Virus record (IMG/VR): IMGVR_UViG_2529293249_000013
Location: 1 to 23,521 of that record
Length of the DNA: 23,521 bases
Source of the DNA: a virus
Lineage: Duplodnaviria > Heunggongvirae > Uroviricota > Caudoviricetes
Reading direction: 5' to 3' (one strand)
Each line of letters opens with the position of its first letter. Within the stretch, counting starts at the first letter, position 1. The notes beneath the pieces were generated by a model, which was given only the letters and a program-made list of their open reading frames with translations, had not been told where the DNA came from and searched no databases. Of the stretch, positions 1 to 7,502 are shown piece after piece. The position numbers were made by a program, and so were the translations under genes.

Positions 1-1158
1 ATGCTCACCGTTAAGCAGATTGAAGCAGCAAAGCCGAAAGAAAAACCATACCGCCTTCTCGATGGTAATGGCCTGTACCTTTATGTCCCTGTATCAGGGA
101 AAAAGGTATGGCAGCTTCGCTACAAGATTGACGGTAAGGAAAAAATACTGACCGTAGGAAAATATCCGCTAATGACTTTGCAGGAGGCAAGGGATAAAGC
201 ATGGACTGCGAGGAAAGACATCTCGGTTGGCATCGATCCGGTAAAGGCGAAAAAGGCTTCGTCTAACAACAATTCCTTTAGTGCGATTTACAAGGAATGG
301 TACGAGCACAAGAAGCAAGTCTGGTCAGTAGGCTATGCAAACGAACTTGCCAAAATGTTTGATGACGACATTTTACCCATCATCGGCGGTCTTGAGATTC
401 AGGATATTGAGCCGATGCAACTGTTGGAAGTAATCCGCAGATTTGAAGATCGCGGTGCAATGGAGCGAGCAAATAAAGCCCGCAGAAGATGCGGCGAGGT
501 TTTCCGTTACGCTATTGTCACTGGTAGGGCTAAATATAACCCGGCACCTGACCTTGCTGACGCCATGAAGGGATACCGCAAGAAGAACTTCCCGTTTCTT
601 CCTGCAGACCAGATCCCTGCATTCAACAAAGCACTGGCAACATTTTCAGGAAGCATCGTATCGCTCATTGCGACTAAAGTTTTGCGCTACACAGCCCTAA
701 GAACGAAAGAGCTTCGTTCCATGCTATGGAAGAACGTCGATTTTGAAAACAGGATTATCACCATCGACGCCAGTGTGATGAAGGGACGCAAAATTCATGT
801 GGTCCCGATGTCAGACCAGGTGGTTGAACTTCTCACTACGCTAAGCTCCATCACCAAACCAGTATCAGAGTTTGTTTTTGCCGGGCGCAACGATAAGAAG
901 AAGCCAATCTGCGAGAACGCGGTTCTACTTGTGATCAAACAAATCGGCTATGAGGGTCTGGAAAGCGGTCACGGATTCAGGCATGAATTCAGCACGATTA
1001 TGAACGAGCACGAATGGCCTGCTGACGCTATTGAAGTGCAACTGGCACATGCCAACGGCGGATCTGTGCGTGGAATTTACAACCATGCTCAGTATCTCGA
1101 TAAGCGCAGAGAAATGATGCAGTGGTGGGCGGACTGGATTGATGAAAAGGTGGGCTAA
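1..1158 (+). CDS. int: Tyrosine integrase, P4/Sf6-type (N-terminal arm-binding domain plus catalytic domain); may be complete or clipped by a few codons at the window edge
   Basis: 385-aa ORF starting at base 1. N-terminus MLTVKQIEAAKPKEKPYRLLDGNGLYLYV is typical of P4-family integrase arm-binding domains; C-terminal catalytic motifs HGFRHEFST and RGIYNHAQY (tyrosine nucleophile) are present. Family assignment from recalled motifs, not a search. Confidence 0.9.
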   Translation: MLTVKQIEAAKPKEKPYRLLDGNGLYLYVPVSGKKVWQLRYKIDGKEKILTVGKYPLMTLQEARDKAWTARKDISVGIDPVKAKKASSNNNSFSAIYKEWYEHKKQVWSVGYANELAKMFDDDILPIIGGLEIQDIEPMQLLEVIRRFEDRGAMERANKARRRCGEVFRYAIVTGRAKYNPAPDLADAMKGYRKKNFPFLPADQIPAFNKALATFSGSIVSLIATKVLRYTALRTKELRSMLWKNVDFENRIITIDASVMKGRKIHVVPMSDQVVELLTTLSSITKPVSEFVFAGRNDKKKPICENAVLLVIKQIGYEGLESGHGFRHEFSTIMNEHEWPADAIEVQLAHANGGSVRGIYNHAQYLDKRREMMQWWADWIDEKVG

Positions 1159-1265
1159 CCAACGCTATATCTCTGACAGCACTAAGCCTTGCAATCCAGT
1201 GCAAAGCTTTGTGTGTATAAGTTTTGTCTCATCAACCACAGTAAGTGTGTTTAATATGCTAACCG

Positions 1266-1292
1266 TTGACAATTACGCATAATAAATATAAA
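1266..1292 (+). promoter_or_regulatory. Putative sigma70-type promoter upstream of the acetyltransferase gene
   Basis: Perfect -35 TTGACA at 1266-1271, then a 15-nt spacer and TATAAA at 1287-1292, in an AT-rich intergenic region. Sequence pattern only. Confidence 0.25.
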
Positions 1293-1445
1293 AAATACTC
1301 ACAGCAATTAAACGCAACTAATAGTTACGCAAGAGATTATTTAGTTACATTTAGGCTATACACCAAACTATTAGCTTAAATCAATATGTTTTAATTATAT
1401 TTCGATTTATGTGAACCATGTCACATTTTCAACGGAGCGAATATA

Positions 1446-2033
1446 GTGAATATTTTTAGGTCTTTTAAAGAAAGGTTAATCCCTATTGTTTATCTTTCAT
1501 GCATAAAAAGAACCGCAGACATTACAGTTGGGAAAAATGTCAAATTTAGGGGTGTCCCTGACTTATCAATAGGAAAAGGCTGTTCATTGATAATAGGAGA
1601 TGGTTCATTTATAAACTCATCAAACAAATACTATCATGTAAATATGTTTTCCCCAGTTAAAATATTTGCTGAAAGGGAAGGAACTATTATTTCGATAGGT
1701 AAAAACACAAGAATACATGGGGCATGCTTACATGCCTATAATAAAATATCAATTGGAGATAGATGTCTGATAGCAGCGAATGTACAGATAATTGATTGCA
1801 ACGGTCACGAAAGTTCATTTGAAAATGTGGAAAATAGAATCAATACTTCGAGCGATGGGGTCCCAGTTATTATTGAAGATGATGTGTGGATAGGTACAGG
1901 CTCCATCATTTTGCCTGGAGTAACCATTGGTAGGGGATCAATCATAGCTGCCGGTAGCGTGGTTGTAAAAAGCATACCGCCAATGTGTATAGCTGGGGGA
2001 AACCCAGCTAAAGTTATAAAAATGGCGGACTAA
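1446..2033 (+). CDS. Hexapeptide-repeat (left-handed beta-helix) acetyltransferase, WbbJ/NeuO-like; candidate O-antigen or capsule O-acetyltransferase (lysogenic conversion)
   Basis: 195-aa ORF with GTG start at 1446 and ACGGAG about 10 nt upstream. Hexapeptide repeats visible (IGKNTRIHGACLHAYNKISIGDRCLIAANVQI; VWIGTGSIILPGVTIGRGSIIAAGSVVVKSI). GC about 30-35 percent versus about 47 percent in the late genes. Sits between integrase and tailspike, as oac does in Sf6 and neuO in CUS-3. Confidence 0.8.
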   Translation: MNIFRSFKERLIPIVYLSCIKRTADITVGKNVKFRGVPDLSIGKGCSLIIGDGSFINSSNKYYHVNMFSPVKIFAEREGTIISIGKNTRIHGACLHAYNKISIGDRCLIAANVQIIDCNGHESSFENVENRINTSSDGVPVIIEDDVWIGTGSIILPGVTIGRGSIIAAGSVVVKSIPPMCIAGGNPAKVIKMAD

Positions 2034-2046
2034 GTCCGCCTGTTCA
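2021..2046. terminator. Bidirectional hairpin terminator between convergent acetyltransferase and tailspike genes
   Basis: Perfect inverted repeat GGCGGAC-TAA-GTCCGCC (2024-2040) with the acetyltransferase stop codon in the loop. On the minus strand the hairpin is followed by CATTTTTAT. Confidence 0.5.
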
Positions 2047-4470
2047 TGATTGATAAACACCACTATTTACATAGTTAGCCTGAATTCGTGTACGGAATGT
2101 TGAATCAGCAATCTGATATGAATTTAACTGAACAGGAATAGCGCATCCGGAATATTTACCAGTAGCACTATTACCAGACTCATACTCACCAAATAGCAGT
2201 CCTATGGTTGTAATAGATGTCTCCGCAACTCCTGTGATTGTAGACAACCATCCAAATACACAACTTGTAAAATCAAATATACCTGTTCGTTTTCCACCAC
2301 TACTGTTCCAACCCAATCCATAGATTCGACAGTTGTTAAAGTAAATTCTGTTGTATGAACCGGAGGTGCGGGGAAGCGCTCCATCAATATATCCCATCGC
2401 CATATCTTGATTTGAAACACGCACCGTCATGTTACCCCATGCATTGATATAAGGAACGCAGTTGTAACTGTTATCAATAGTCACATCCTGTGGAACATCA
2501 TAGGAAGTAAACATGAATGTTTGTACGTTATAGCGAGGGTTGGATGGCGAAGTGGTTTTCCCAAGACGAGCAAGGTCTACATCCTTCACTGTGAGCTTAT
2601 ATTTTTCTCTGCCTACGATAGTTGAAAGCTGAGCATCTGTTAGGCTTGAGTAGTTCCTTTGGTTGTAGACAACGCTGACGGATAAAGTGGAATCATAAGA
2701 ACGTGTCCCTACAACCTTTACATTTTCAATGTAATGGCTGTTTGGCAGAATCATATATTGCTCATAATTATTTTTGCTTGACACGCCGAGATCCAATATT
2801 CTAAGTTCCAGAAGTCCAGAGGCATTAGTCAGATCAAGAGACACGTCCTTTATCACTACATCCGGGCTTGTGGCGATATAATTACCATTATATTTTGGTT
2901 CAAGACTGCTTACCAAGAAATAACCTTCACACGTAGACGGTAACGTGACTCGTAAACCTTCAACTCGAATCTCGCCATCCCATGATGACATGTAATCTCG
3001 CTTCACAGAGAAAAATTCAAGAGTTTTTTTCCCGTACATGCCGAGGTGCTTGCATTTAGTGGCCACCCATTCTCCCCAACCTTGCGCCGCACAATGATAA
3101 CGAACTGTCGATTCATTGAGATAAATGTCAGACATACTGAAGTGACCGCCAACGCCAGGTAAGTCGCATCGATTAATATGTATATTTCGTGATTTATTAC
3201 CATCAAAGCCGCTCCACCCATTGATGCAGCAGCAATTATCCATTGTTACATCAGAACATTTTTCAGTGAGGATAAAATAGGCTGCCTCATTTCTTCCCGC
3301 GGGGATGGAAGGTGCAGTACCATCAAGATATCCAACAGGACTCATGTATAGGTTATTAACATAAACTCTTGAGCATCGTTGGAAGTTTACTACCTGCCTT
3401 GTGCAACCATTATTTATTACCTCAACTGTATTTCCATGTATTATAGTATTATTCCTTGAGCAAAGAACAACATTATTGATTCTTGCCCCATCCAAAACAA
3501 CCTTTGGCATTTTAAAATACAGGTTATTTGTAAAAGGTTTATATTTTATAACAGGTCGATCTTTATAGGTATAATAGTTCCGATAACGCAAGTTACCGTC
3601 AGCGTCAATCTCGTGAACTTCTGTTTTTAGCTGGTCTGATAAAGTACCACCATTATTTCTCACCATCACAACATCTTTAGAATCAAGAATAATAGTTCCC
3701 TGTAATCCATTAACAGGGAAGCTCACCTGCCCTTTCATGTAGCTTACTGCGGAAAACATTTCAGTGACATCATTTTCATCCTGAGAGATTTCAAATAGTG
3801 TCTTGTCCAAAGACCAGACATCTCCACCCTGATATGTAGAGCATGTCACTGTTGCATCACTCATATCTGAGCTAACTGTTATTTCAATAGGGTCTGTGGA
3901 ACTTGCCGTGAGAACATAATTCCCTGTAGCAACAACCGATTTTTTCAATATCTTTGCGTCTGCATACATTTTTTTAAACGCTAATGTATGATCCACCTCA
4001 TTCCCATCAAAATAGAGCTCTGGATACAGAAAAGGAAGACTCTTTAACTTATTTAACTCTTCCTGAACAGTAGTGCCAGTTGCCGTCCCTATTATTGATG
4101 CGCCCCCATTACTTTCAATTTGCTGACGCAATTGGTCGGGGTCATACTTCAGCACATTCGGAAAATAGAACTGCTGCGCACCATACGCATCATAAACAGC
4201 CATAGAATGGCCTTGCACAGTTACGAACTTGGCAATCTGTCCGTTATATACCGGATATCCAGCAGCGTTAATGATGATTGGTTGCGAAACAGGAACGTGA
4301 GAACCGTCTTCGTTCTCCACATAAACCTGAATCTGGTTTTCAGGATTTACCGGGTCCGTGTCAATTTTACCGATATAGATTTTGCCATTGGCTACGGCTT
4401 TAAAAGAACGAGCCATAGTGAAGAGTTGCGAAGGCATGCTCACTACAACATTGGCTGTAATGTCTGTCAT
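2044..4470 (-). CDS. Tailspike protein: P22 gp9-type head-binding N-terminal domain fused to a divergent receptor-binding/depolymerase body
   Basis: 808-aa ORF. First ~115 aa ([11 protein letters not shown]...[21 protein letters not shown]...[13 protein letters not shown]...VLKYDPDQ) closely match the P22 tailspike head-binding domain as recalled; the rest is unrelated to P22 gp9 and AT-rich (~30-40 percent GC). RBS GGAG 9 nt upstream of ATG at 4470. Confidence 0.9.
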   Translation of the reverse strand: MTDITANVVVSMPSQLFTMARSFKAVANGKIYIGKIDTDPVNPENQIQVYVENEDGSHVPVSQPIIINAAGYPVYNGQIAKFVTVQGHSMAVYDAYGAQQFYFPNVLKYDPDQLRQQIESNGGASIIGTATGTTVQEELNKLKSLPFLYPELYFDGNEVDHTLAFKKMYADAKILKKSVVATGNYVLTASSTDPIEITVSSDMSDATVTCSTYQGGDVWSLDKTLFEISQDENDVTEMFSAVSYMKGQVSFPVNGLQGTIILDSKDVVMVRNNGGTLSDQLKTEVHEIDADGNLRYRNYYTYKDRPVIKYKPFTNNLYFKMPKVVLDGARINNVVLCSRNNTIIHGNTVEVINNGCTRQVVNFQRCSRVYVNNLYMSPVGYLDGTAPSIPAGRNEAAYFILTEKCSDVTMDNCCCINGWSGFDGNKSRNIHINRCDLPGVGGHFSMSDIYLNESTVRYHCAAQGWGEWVATKCKHLGMYGKKTLEFFSVKRDYMSSWDGEIRVEGLRVTLPSTCEGYFLVSSLEPKYNGNYIATSPDVVIKDVSLDLTNASGLLELRILDLGVSSKNNYEQYMILPNSHYIENVKVVGTRSYDSTLSVSVVYNQRNYSSLTDAQLSTIVGREKYKLTVKDVDLARLGKTTSPSNPRYNVQTFMFTSYDVPQDVTIDNSYNCVPYINAWGNMTVRVSNQDMAMGYIDGALPRTSGSYNRIYFNNCRIYGLGWNSSGGKRTGIFDFTSCVFGWLSTITGVAETSITTIGLLFGEYESGNSATGKYSGCAIPVQLNSYQIADSTFRTRIQANYVNSGVYQS

Positions 4471-4602
4471 TTAATTTGCTCCAGATACAATGAATCGCCG
4501 CAGCATGGCTACGGTTGATGTTTGTTGCATACCGAAATGGTACGATTGTTGATTTGTACAGTAGGTTTTACGATGCCATTCCACCCATTTGGTGAGGCAT
4601 TG

Positions 4603-4860
4603 ATGATGTACAGCAAATACGATGAGGCGCAGTTCCACTTGAGGCTTACGCACGAGTTGCACGCTAAGATTAAGCAGCGTGCAAAAATGAATAACAGGTC
4701 TATCAATTCCGAAATTGTGGCTACGATGGAAGAATCACTCTCCAAACCATCACCTGTAAGCGGGTATCGTGATGAAGAAGAGAGGTTGGCCTCATTAATC
4801 TCGGAGCGAGTAAAAGAAGTTGCGGCTGATATCCTTAGAAAAGAAAAAACCCGCGATTAA
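4603..4860 (+). CDS. mnt: Mnt-like ribbon-helix-helix repressor (immI region)
   Basis: Six-frame ORF 4522-4860 trimmed to ATG at 4603, which has RBS GGTGAGG upstream. The 85-aa product has RHH motif NNRSINSEIVATMEESL and a C-terminal SKPSPVSGYRDEEERLA close to P22 Mnt (SKPSPVTGYRNDAERLA, from memory). Confidence 0.8.
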   Translation: MMYSKYDEAQFHLRLTHELHAKIKQRAKMNNRSINSEIVATMEESLSKPSPVSGYRDEEERLASLISERVKEVAADILRKEKTRD

Positions 4861-4869
4861 GCGGGTTTA
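4843..4869. terminator. Bidirectional rho-independent terminator between convergent mnt and the 73-aa ORF
   Basis: AAAAAA-CCCGC-gattaa-GCGGG-TTT: 5-bp GC stem flanked by an A-run and a T-run; the mnt stop codon lies in the loop. Confidence 0.6.
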
Positions 4870-4874
4870 GTTGG

Positions 4875-5096
4875 TTAGTTATCAAAAAGTCCGTACGTTT
4901 CTTCTTCTTCAGGTGTAAGGGGAAGAATCTCTACTCTATCTATAGATATCTTTTCAATGTACCCATGAGGTCTACTTAAAATTAAAGCTCTCTCATGCCA
5001 CAGAACTCCAAGAATGTGATACCTTCCAGCATCGCCTTTTACCCTGGCTCTTCCTTTGATTCTTGGCGGCATAATGCCATATTTTTTCTTTGCCAT
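4875..5096 (-). CDS. Hypothetical 73-aa protein, translationally coupled to the upstream KilAC-domain gene
   Basis: Its ATG overlaps the stop of the upstream gene (TAATG). Basic N-terminus MAKKKYGIMPPRIKGRARVKG. No family recognised. Confidence 0.45.
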   Translation of the reverse strand: MAKKKYGIMPPRIKGRARVKGDAGRYHILGVLWHERALILSRPHGYIEKISIDRVEILPLTPEEEETYGLFDN

Positions 5097-5824
5097 TATG
5101 CAACATTACTCCCATGAATCAGGTGTTGTAGTGCTTTAACACCTTCCTCATTGTAGCGGAATGCTTCCACCTGTTTGCTGGAATGCGCAGATTTATCCAG
5201 GAAGAACTTCCCGTACTGCTCAGTTTTGAGGTTGTTTGCGTTAGCAATGCGACCAATCTTGTTGGCCGTTACCCCAAGCTGCTCTGCAACCTCCCCTGCT
5301 GAGTAGTAATGCTCTTCTATTGCTGGAAGAGGTATTGCATTAAAACCAACGATCGGGTTGATTATGCTTGCTGCCGCAGTCTGCTTTGCTTCCGGCGCAA
5401 GATTTGGCATCAAATCGAACAGATTGGTAACAGCTTCAACCGTCATTTTCAATGTTCGCGCCTGGCGATACTCAACAAGTCCACTAGACGATTTACCGCT
5501 TTTAATGTGCGCTTCTTGCATACTTTCAAGTTGGTCTACAAGTGAGCGGCGAACAGCTTTAGATTCACGAGCAGCCACTCGAAGGGCTTGCTTAATTGAC
5601 ATAACAACTTTTTCAGAAGTTGTCTTGTTTGATTTTTGAACTACGAAAATTTCGTAGTGCTCACCTTCAAGTTCATCCTTAATGCGTGCAATAAAGTCGT
5701 TATTGCGGACTTCTTTTTCCCCGCACTGTCTACGAGCATGATTGACCATCTCTAACAGGTACTGGCTATCAATGGTTTTATCCGTGACAACGGATCCGAT
5801 GTTTGCTACATTCTTAAAAGTCAT
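5096..5824 (-). CDS. Phage antirepressor/regulatory protein with KilAC-like C-terminal domain
   Basis: Six-frame ORF 5096-5875 trimmed to ATG at 5824 (MTFKNVANIG...) with RBS AAGGAA 8 nt upstream. N-terminus TIDSQYLLEMVNHARRQCGEKEVRNNDFIARIKDEL resembles phage antirepressor N-domains; C-terminus (YSAGEVAEQLGVTANKIGRIANANNL...) looks like a KilAC domain. Assignment from memory, moderate. Confidence 0.6.
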   Translation of the reverse strand: MTFKNVANIGSVVTDKTIDSQYLLEMVNHARRQCGEKEVRNNDFIARIKDELEGEHYEIFVVQKSNKTTSEKVVMSIKQALRVAARESKAVRRSLVDQLESMQEAHIKSGKSSSGLVEYRQARTLKMTVEAVTNLFDLMPNLAPEAKQTAAASIINPIVGFNAIPLPAIEEHYYSAGEVAEQLGVTANKIGRIANANNLKTEQYGKFFLDKSAHSSKQVEAFRYNEEGVKALQHLIHGSNVA

Positions 5825-5912
5825 TAGGCATTCCTTATGTGGTAGTAAGGGTGTGACATAGGCCGCCAGCAGCACACTGGCGGTTTTCTTTTTGCGCCGT
5901 CCGGCGCACCAA

Positions 5913-6539
5913 TCAATGAATCCATTCCTCGCCGCGCAGTTTTGCCAGCATTGGCTGAGCGTTCTTTACGACAAAATTGTTGGTATCAAGATTCTTCATT
6001 TCACGAAGAAGTGATTTCTTGGTTTCTTCTGACATGTAGCGAGTCTCATATGCAATATCGTAAATCCTTCCTGAAAGCTCAGAACCAATTTGCTTCATTC
6101 CTGGGTAGATGTGTTTGCACATTTGTTGACTCTTCTCCATCCACAATTGTAAGTAGCAGAGATTAACCAGTTCTTCGTCAGTAAACTGTTTTGCAATCGG
6201 TGAGCATTCTGCCTGCCGATCCAAAATATCCAGCACCCAGCGGCGGAACTCTTTGGCTACCTGAGTGCGAGCAAACATCGCGATTAGGTGGGCACCGCGT
6301 AGTGAGAAAACACGCACTTTTTTGCGATAATTTCCTGAGGTACTCACTTCGAGTACCTGAGTCATTCCGGCGCTAAACTCATCGCTATACTTGTTATAAA
6401 TCATTGTTACTGCACGACTATTTGCGTATTTAAGTGCAGATGCAATATTAGATGATGTAAACCAAACACCATGCATATCACGGGTGGGCACCAATTCAAC
6501 TCCGTGGAAGTTATAATCTGATTTTGCTACAATATTCAT
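5913..6539 (-). CDS. Bro-N-type antirepressor-like protein (ant analogue downstream of arc)
   Basis: Bro-N-like motif YNFHGVELVPTRDMHGVWFTSSNIASALKYANSRAV...RVFSLRGAHLIAMFARTQVAKEFRRWVLDIL. Start set at ATG 6539 (MNIVAK..., RBS AAGGAAA). An upstream in-frame ATG at 6623 also has a plausible RBS and would overlap the arc stop. Confidence 0.7.
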   Translation of the reverse strand: MNIVAKSDYNFHGVELVPTRDMHGVWFTSSNIASALKYANSRAVTMIYNKYSDEFSAGMTQVLEVSTSGNYRKKVRVFSLRGAHLIAMFARTQVAKEFRRWVLDILDRQAECSPIAKQFTDEELVNLCYLQLWMEKSQQMCKHIYPGMKQIGSELSGRIYDIAYETRYMSEETKKSLLREMKNLDTNNFVVKNAQPMLAKLRGEEWIH

Positions 6540-6608
6540 GTTAGTTTCCTTGCATACGGTTACTGACATAGAGGCCCGGTTTGTGTTCACGCACTGCCGG
6601 GCTTCACT
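6525..6608 (+). ncRNA. Possible sar-like small antisense RNA, complementary to the ant-analogue RBS and start codon
   Basis: Plus-strand consensus -10 TATAAT at 6512-6517 (weak -35). Downstream, a hairpin GAGGCCCGG-17 nt loop-CCGGGCTTC (6571-6605) is followed by ACTATTTTTACT. The predicted ~80-nt transcript would be antisense to the RBS/ATG at 6539-6552. P22 has a sar RNA in the equivalent arc-ant interval. Confidence 0.25.
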
Positions 6609-6612
6609 ATTT

Positions 6613-6786
6613 TTACTGGGCATTAGCTCTTTCCTCTCTCAGGCTTTTAGCCAGTCGCTGCACAATCGCAGAGTTGATAGAAATTCCATCCATTTCAGCA
6701 ACACGTCTAATCTCCTCCTTCATTCGCGCTGGCAAACGAAGCTGGAAACTTTGACTTTTACGACCTGTGTAAAGCACATCTTTCAT
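6613..6786 (-). CDS. arc: Arc-like ribbon-helix-helix repressor
   Basis: Six-frame ORF 6613-6801 trimmed to ATG at 6786 with RBS GGGAGGA. The 57-aa product has RHH motif SFQLRLPARMKEEIRRVAEMDGISINSAIVQRL, resembling P22 Arc (QFNLRWPREVLDLVRKVAEENGRSVNSEIYQRV, from memory). First gene of an arc-ant-like operon. Confidence 0.75.
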   Translation of the reverse strand: MKDVLYTGRKSQSFQLRLPARMKEEIRRVAEMDGISINSAIVQRLAKSLREERANAQ

Positions 6787-6897
6787 AAGTAATCCTCCCA
6801 CAATGATACCAACTTGGTTCTAGAACCAATTTAACACCATTTATTTTGATGTCAAGTTGGTGCTATTGTTTAGCGAACATCTTTACGTTGAGGTCAT
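6787..6897. promoter_or_regulatory. Divergent promoter/operator region between arc-like (minus) and second mnt-like (plus) genes
   Basis: Perfect 16-bp palindrome TTGGTTCTAGAACCAA (6814-6829), flanked by 9-bp inverted repeats ACCAACTTG (6808-6816) and CAAGTTGGT (6853-6861). Minus-strand promoter: -35 TTGACA (6850-6855), 16-nt spacer, -10 TAAATT (6828-6833); the palindrome covers the -10 and predicted start site. Confidence 0.6.
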
Positions 6898-7218
6898 ATG
6901 AGCAAGTTCCCTAGTCATGAAATGGATAGGTTCAATATCAGGCTTCCTGCAGGAATGCGGGATGCTATAGCTGAACGAGCCAAACGTAACGGCAGATCAA
7001 TGAACTCAGAGATTGTTCAGATACTGGAAGATGCCTTGAATGCAGAAAATACACTCGGGGAAATAGCAGATAAAATCAACAGCGTCTCGGTTCCGCTAAA
7101 TGTTGATGCGCTAGTTCAACTTCAAGCCCAGGTTATCGCCATGCAAAAAGAAATACAGGAAAAGTTCAGAGAGCAGAACGAAAAGTTGAGAGAACTGCTA
7201 AACAAAAAAACCACCTGA
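6898..7218 (+). CDS. Second Mnt-like RHH repressor (N-terminal RHH plus C-terminal coiled coil)
   Basis: 106-aa ORF. RHH motif FNIRLPAGMRDAIAERAKRNGRSMNSEIVQILEDAL, then a heptad-rich C-terminus (LVQLQAQVIAMQKEIQEKFREQNEKLRELL). Divergent from the arc-like gene, in the position P22 mnt occupies. Confidence 0.7.
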   Translation: MSKFPSHEMDRFNIRLPAGMRDAIAERAKRNGRSMNSEIVQILEDALNAENTLGEIADKINSVSVPLNVDALVQLQAQVIAMQKEIQEKFREQNEKLRELLNKKTT

Positions 7219-7240
7219 CGGTGGGTTAATTTTTGCCTTT
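7204..7240. terminator. Putative terminator after the second mnt-like gene
   Basis: AAAAAAA-CCACC-tgac-GGTGG followed by GTTAATTTTTGCCTTTTTT. Short stem. Confidence 0.4.
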
Positions 7241-7316
7241 TTTGGACCATATTGACTACTCATAAAATGAGATCAATATTTAATCGCCCAATAACGGGTG
7301 CATGTTGAGGTATATC

Positions 7317-7496
7317 ATGGCGAAAAAACCAGGTGAAAACACAGGAAAAAACGGCGGAATATACCAAGAAGTTGGCCCGCGCGGAGGTAAGAAAGACAAT
7401 TTTGCCACCGTCAAGGACAACGAAAGGCTTCCGCCAACAACAAAGCCAGGTCATGGCTGGGTATTAGATAAGCGAACTCCAGACAGCAAAAAGTAA
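7317..7496 (+). CDS. Small conserved hypothetical protein, YjzC-like (59 aa)
   Basis: Six-frame ORF 7302-7496 trimmed to ATG 7317 (RBS GAGG about 8 nt upstream). KPGENTGKNGGIYQEVGPRGG...RLPPTTKPGHGW resembles the YjzC-like small protein family as recalled. Upstream TTGACT at 7252-7257 and an inverted repeat CTCAT-AAA-ATGAG could be a promoter/operator. Confidence 0.5.
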   Translation: MAKKPGENTGKNGGIYQEVGPRGGKKDNFATVKDNERLPPTTKPGHGWVLDKRTPDSKK

Positions 7497-7502
7497 TAAT
7501 CA

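Noticed and set aside
1159-1445. attP core or tRNA gene fragment downstream of int
   Set aside because: No tRNA-like T-arm or acceptor sequence is recognisable by eye; the region is better explained as the promoter/5-prime UTR of the acetyltransferase. Not excluded without alignment to host tRNA genes.
1380-1470. Phase-variable simple-sequence tract at the acetyltransferase 5-prime end (as in neuO heptanucleotide repeats)
   Set aside because: No tandem heptanucleotide or homopolymer tract longer than 6 nt is present around the start codon.
4120-4518. 132-aa plus-strand ORF across the tailspike start, plus minus-strand ORFs 4471-4662 and 4509-4745
   Set aside because: They overlap the tailspike 5-prime end or the mnt gene in other frames; the mnt and tailspike assignments explain the region.
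5309-5639. 78-aa and 93-aa plus-strand ORFs within the KilAC-domain gene
   Set aside because: Antisense to a gene with a good RBS and recognisable domains; no independent support.
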